Source: Acidilobaceae archaeon
Lineage (GTDB): Archaea; Thermoproteota; Thermoprotei_A; Sulfolobales; Acidilobaceae
Direction of reading: 5' to 3'
DNA length: 64,000 bases
Assembly (NCBI GenBank): GCA_038824665.1
Contig: JAWBBK010000005.1
Coordinates: 44,642-108,641, forward strand
Under the pieces are notes generated by a model. It had not been told where the DNA came from, did no database searches, and saw only the letters and a program-made list of their open reading frames with translations. Positions 59,869 to 64,000 of this stretch are shown here, in pieces. The translations under genes were made by a program, and so were the position numbers. Every line of letters begins with the position of its first letter. The first letter of the stretch is position 1.

Positions 59869-61425
59869 TCAGAAAGAATCAGACACGATCCTGAGGTCAA
59901 AGCCTGCACTGTCCGCTATTTTCTTCAACTTCTTTAGTTTTCTAGCCGTTAAGGAGCTTCTAGACCTCGGTAGTCTCACTTCTACGACGTCGTTTCTGAA
60001 AACGACTTCAGCTTCTGGAACAAGCTTTTTGATCATAGCTTCTACTTTAGCTTCTCTGGCTTTTCCTAAGCTCTGAACCGGAACCACCATTGTCTGCTCT
60101 CCGAAAGTGTAAATTTCGTACTCTAGCTCTCCTGTAATGAAATCCCTCACCTCGACCACAGGTCTCGTCAACTCGGCTTCTCTGAGACCTGAAGGTAATT
60201 TAACGGTCATAGATAGCTCGTATACCTTAGCTACCTTCCCTTCATTAATAAATATCACCGTATCTATAATGCTAGGCAACATACCTAGCTCAACTCTGTT
60301 AAGAAACCTCTGTATAGCGTCGATAGGACTGGTAGCATGAACTACTCCTATCATTCCGATCCCGGCGAGTCTTAAGTCCACGTAGAGTCTGAAGTCCTCA
60401 TCATTTCTCAGCTCGTCGAAAACCGTATAGTCAGGTCTCGAAAGCAATAGTATATCGTGAAGCTCTCCGACTTCTGCATAGGTCTTCGAGTATTGAGTAA
60501 TCAGAGGAGGTAGCCTCATGTCTCTAGGTGACTCAATAGTCTTTACAATCTTCCCCATCCTAGCGTAGAACTCTGCAAGAGCTTGAGCAAACGTGGTCTT
60601 GCCCATACCCGGAGCTCCGGCAACGAGAATTCCTTCAGCTTTTTCAAGTAATCTCTTAACGAGCTTCTCTGGAAGACTATAGTCTTCGAGAGAGAGTTTC
60701 GCTATAGGCCTGACTACAGTTATCTCCCATCCGTTGCTCAATGGAGGCCTCGTTATCACTATCCTGTAGTCTCCGAGCTGAGCTATGACTGAACCAGCCC
60801 TATCAATCTCTATGAAGCCTCTGCCTTTATTTGCTTCTTCTAGTATCTCTCTAGCCATCTCCTCTAGTTCTGCTCTACTCACAGGAGTCTCTCTAAGTCT
60901 AACGAAAACCCATCTACCTGGAGACCCAACTTTAGCTAAAGGAGGAGCTCCTTCTTTCAGATGCACACTCATGGTCTTCGAGTCAAAGAACTTCTCAAAC
61001 ATCAGTCTATCGGTAGTTCTCTTAGCCAGATAGAGAGCCGAGCCGCCCATAGCTATCGCTGTGGCTGCCTGAAGATGATCTGAAGTTAAAAGCACAGCTC
61101 CGAGTTTCCAAGCGTAGTCTCTAACTATTCTCTTAACCTCGTCTTCAGAAAAGTCCTTGAGATATCTAAAGTCTTCTTCGGCGACTCTTATCTCTACGTC
61201 GTTTTGTTTTTTAGTCAGTTCTGTAAGCCTTCTTAGCTCTTCTATACCTGTAAAGCCTCTGGCCCTTCCTTTACTCGCTTCGCTCTGAAGGAAGTCTATT
61301 ATGGTCTTGTGTATGAAAATAGTTCCTTTAAGTTCCCCGCGCTCTACGGCTGCTCTAAGCGTTCCGTTTATTATTACATCTATGTCGCTTACGTAAGTAG
61401 TCACTTTGCTCCCCAGTTCCTTCAT
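59869..61425 (-). CDS. PIN + VirB11-like ATPase + KH protein (PINA)
   Basis: N-terminal PIN, MSVHLKEG, GAPGMGKTT, RPDYTVFDE and GVVHA motifs, C-terminal KH-like domain. Confidence 0.9.
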   Translation of the reverse strand: MKELGSKVTTYVSDIDVIINGTLRAAVERGELKGTIFIHKTIIDFLQSEASKGRARGFTGIEELRRLTELTKKQNDVEIRVAEEDFRYLKDFSEDEVKRIVRDYAWKLGAVLLTSDHLQAATAIAMGGSALYLAKRTTDRLMFEKFFDSKTMSVHLKEGAPPLAKVGSPGRWVFVRLRETPVSRAELEEMAREILEEANKGRGFIEIDRAGSVIAQLGDYRIVITRPPLSNGWEITVVRPIAKLSLEDYSLPEKLVKRLLEKAEGILVAGAPGMGKTTFAQALAEFYARMGKIVKTIESPRDMRLPPLITQYSKTYAEVGELHDILLLSRPDYTVFDELRNDEDFRLYVDLRLAGIGMIGVVHATSPIDAIQRFLNRVELGMLPSIIDTVIFINEGKVAKVYELSMTVKLPSGLREAELTRPVVEVRDFITGELEYEIYTFGEQTMVVPVQSLGKAREAKVEAMIKKLVPEAEVVFRNDVVEVRLPRSRSSLTARKLKKLKKIADSAGFDLRIVSDSF

Positions 61426-61447
61426 ATAAGTTTAAGCTTAATCTAAG

Positions 61448-62410
61448 CTAGCGCAACATAGAAGATCGTTGTTTAGCTTTTATCTTCTCTCCAAGGTCTC
61501 TAGCTTCTTTGAAGTGTTTTTCAGTTATGTAGAGATGATCTCCGGTGTCTATTAGCACGTCGTCTCCTACTATAAGAGATTCAACTCTGAGACCAAGCTT
61601 GTATATGTTTACTATCGTATCTTCGTCTAAGTCGTTTTCAGCGAGAAGAAGAGGGGGTCTAGACCCATCAAATACCGCTATTTCGGCTATTCTGCCTGGC
61701 TTTATCTCGAGACTAGGCAACATCAACGCCTTTCTTAACTCTAAAGACTCCAACCAAGGATTCTCGGTGTTTCCTGAAGAGGTGATATAGTGATAGCCAG
61801 AGAAAAATCCAAGAACTCTAGAGCCTCTGTAATAACCTAACCCTCCGATCTCTACGATGTCTGACTCTCCTTCGCACCCTTCTCCTGACACTCGGGTTAT
61901 AGCCACTAAGCCTTCTACGTATTTGGTCTTCTCATCTGAACAAGCGGGAAGCGCAAGACCATAGAGCCCTCCTATTTCTTTGCTAAGCCTCAATGGAAAC
62001 TCGACATCAAGAGTCTCTACCACTATCGTAGAGATCCCGCTTGTATGTAAATCGTAAAGAGCAGGTAACGAAAGCGTGAAAAGCGAAGTCGAATCTAAGC
62101 TCTTATAAAACTCTACTCTCTCCCTCATGCTCGACTTTCTCAACCTGAAAGGATAATAGGGGAGACTAGCTATTGCTGTGAGAGCGGGAGCTATGATTCT
62201 CCCAGGACCTCCCAAAATGAGATTAGCATAAGAGTAGTCGTCAGGATAGGGCTCTTCGCCGACTCCAACGATTCTACCATCACGTATGTAAACGTAGCCT
62301 CTTTTGATCAACTCTTTACCTGTGAAGACTAGAGAGCCCGTCAAGAGTATATCCATTAAGAAGTCGCCCCCACTCCCGGGAACTAACGAAAGATTATAGC
62401 TGACACACAT
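61448..62410 (-). CDS. Amidohydrolase-like protein lacking the HxH metal motif
   Basis: GYVYIRDGRIVGVG N-terminus and IKPGRIAEIAVFD C-terminus; start probably at MDILL (62356). Confidence 0.65.
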   Translation of the reverse strand: MCVSYNLSLVPGSGGDFLMDILLTGSLVFTGKELIKRGYVYIRDGRIVGVGEEPYPDDYSYANLILGGPGRIIAPALTAIASLPYYPFRLRKSSMRERVEFYKSLDSTSLFTLSLPALYDLHTSGISTIVVETLDVEFPLRLSKEIGGLYGLALPACSDEKTKYVEGLVAITRVSGEGCEGESDIVEIGGLGYYRGSRVLGFFSGYHYITSSGNTENPWLESLELRKALMLPSLEIKPGRIAEIAVFDGSRPPLLLAENDLDEDTIVNIYKLGLRVESLIVGDDVLIDTGDHLYITEKHFKEARDLGEKIKAKQRSSMLR

Positions 62411-62496
62411 AAGCTTAAATGCTACATTGAAAACTTATAAGCAGGTTAGATCGACATCTTTAGATCTCCGCTTGAGTTCCTATTGAGAAAATCTTT

Positions 62497-62934
62497 CTAT
62501 ACGAAGAAGACTTTAAAAGAGCTATTTAGCGGCATGAAGTAAACCTTTCTTTTGGAAGACATCTCAACAAAAATAGTGTGTGGAGTTATAACTGCGAAAT
62601 CGTAAAGAGAGTTGAGAGAAGTTTGTATAGTGATGTAAAGACCTATTTCTTCGATCTTCGTGTGAGAGACTATGTAGGAACCTAAGACGACATCGAGATA
62701 GGACTTGCAAGCACTAGAGACTCCTTTCACACCCAATAACTGCTCGCTGAGATCAAGATACAAGAAGTTAGAGTCTTTTCTTTCGTAAAGTCTCGTTTTG
62801 ACATCTAATTTTGTCACTTCGATCTCTCTTTCGCTAAACGAGACCTGAGCGTTTCTGAAGCTGGCAAGTAAAGTTCCTCCTCTAACTGAAACAAGAGTGC
62901 AACCGTCAAGCCACTCCAAAGATATTACATTCAC
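62497..62934 (-). CDS. Hypothetical protein
   Basis: 145-aa beta-rich ORF downstream of thiI. Confidence 0.6.
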   Translation of the reverse strand: MNVISLEWLDGCTLVSVRGGTLLASFRNAQVSFSEREIEVTKLDVKTRLYERKDSNFLYLDLSEQLLGVKGVSSACKSYLDVVLGSYIVSHTKIEEIGLYITIQTSLNSLYDFAVITPHTIFVEMSSKRKVYFMPLNSSFKVFFV

Positions 62935-62948
62935 GTCTTCTTCTACCT

Positions 62949-64000
62949 CTATGGTCCTAGACCTAGAGCCCTATAGATTTCGTTTAAACTCGTTTTCTTA
63001 AGGTCTATAGACTTAGGCTCTGGAACTCTGAGACCCTTGACTTTCTCGTACTCGTTTTTAAAGAGTTTGGGATCCCCTTGAGGAGTGCCTCGCGCAGCTA
63101 CCGCACAGACTTCAATCTGTCTCTTAACTATATCGTAAACCCCTATCCTGATGGCTTCTTTAACGATCTCGTCTTTATCTGAGCCTGAGAGAGGTCGCAA
63201 TATCGGTAAACTTGTTCCTGAGTCCGTTAAGAAGATATTCCTTATAGTCTGGCTTGAGACCTGTCCTATAGAATCTCCTAGAGCTAGAGCCTCGATCCCT
63301 AGCTTCTTAGCTAAGCTCTCTGCATACTCTAGCATAAGCTTTCTGAGCACCAGAGATCTGTAAGGAGCACTTACAAGTCCTTCTATAGCCATTAATTGAG
63401 ACCTGAAGTTAACGATATACAACCTAATTTCATGGCCAAAGCTCCAATTATCAGCTAAGTACTTAGCTGCCTCTACGGCTACCTTAAGAGGCTCATCGTA
63501 CCCTAAGTAAAAGTGAAGCAAGTCTACTCTACAGCCTCTTTTCATGAGCCTCCAAGAAGCAACCGTTGAGTCGAAGCCTCCGCTAAAGAGAACCAGAACC
63601 CTTCCCTCGCTTCCTAAAGGCAAACCTCCAGGGCCTTCTACAACTCTATCGTAAAGAAATGCTTTATTGCCTCGTATCTCTACATAAGCAACATATTCGG
63701 GATTCTCTAGATCGACTTTTGAAGCTCCCATCTCTAAGAGCTTCGCTCCTAAAGCTTTTTCAACATCAAGACTCGTAAAGGGATGAGTTCCTACCCTTCT
63801 AGCTTCAACCTTGAATCTCTTGTTTTTAACTTTCTCAGCAAATATAGATTTTGCTTTCTCTATCAAGTCTTCCAGATTTTCAAACGTAAAGTGAAGTGCA
63901 GGTGATAACGATTTGACCCCGAAAACTCGAGAAGCGGCATGAAGAGCTTTTTCAATATCGTCTGGCTCCCATAGATAGACTCTGGCTTCAGATATATCGA
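62949..64000 (-). CDS. thiI: tRNA 4-thiouridine synthase (5' partial)
   Basis: Frame is open to the window edge (SRVFGVKS); THUMP domain, GPGGLPLG, SGGFDS, GQVSSQT and RPL motifs. Confidence 0.92.
   Translation of the reverse strand, partial: DISEARVYLWEPDDIEKALHAASRVFGVKSLSPALHFTFENLEDLIEKAKSIFAEKVKNKRFKVEARRVGTHPFTSLDVEKALGAKLLEMGASKVDLENPEYVAYVEIRGNKAFLYDRVVEGPGGLPLGSEGRVLVLFSGGFDSTVASWRLMKRGCRVDLLHFYLGYDEPLKVAVEAAKYLADNWSFGHEIRLYIVNFRSQLMAIEGLVSAPYRSLVLRKLMLEYAESLAKKLGIEALALGDSIGQVSSQTIRNIFLTDSGTSLPILRPLSGSDKDEIVKEAIRIGVYDIVKRQIEVCAVAARGTPQGDPKLFKNEYEKVKGLRVPEPKSIDLKKTSLNEIYRALGLGP

Noticed and set aside
59822-59894. ATGATGA..CTGA as a C/D sRNA, and ORF 59822-60076
   Set aside because: No internal D'/C' boxes and wrong spacing; the ORF overlaps the PINA gene antisense
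55397-61425. hjc-PINA proximity and the stomatin-NfeD pair as a new system
   Set aside because: Both associations are already established

Overview
This is a 64-kb chromosomal segment of a thermophilic crenarchaeon (Thermoproteota; gene content resembles Desulfurococcales/Acidilobales). It carries a branched-chain amino acid cluster (leuCD, ilvD, cimA, ilvBHC, leuAB) between tRNA-Arg(TCT) and tRNA-Leu(CAA). It also has a split metal ABC transporter with thi4, alaS with a rearranged rpl11-rpl1-rpl10 / rpl12 locus, dnaG, polB, nfo, an S-layer-like protein, xpf, pcc1, prefoldin beta, RNase P RNA, potDABC, intron-containing tRNA-Tyr, hjc, stomatin/NfeD, speH, PINA and thiI. I found no CRISPR array, transposase or integrase. 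Main observations: (1) a perfect 101-bp inverted repeat makes the 3' ends of rpl10 and rpl12 identical, so the 2.3-kb core could invert without changing either protein; (2) the RNase P RNA has three substitutions at normally invariant P4/catalytic-core positions; (3) a stand-alone B3/B4 tRNA-editing-domain gene sits inside the BCAA cluster; (4) a 12-bp tRNA-like T-loop minihelix follows speH; (5) a RHH-UPF0175-PIN fusion is co-transcribed with a vWA pair; (6) L11 lacks its N-terminal domain; (7) a decayed island lies at tRNA-Arg; (8) five genes carry disruptions that can be read directly from the sequence. All calls come from motif recognition by eye; no searches were run.
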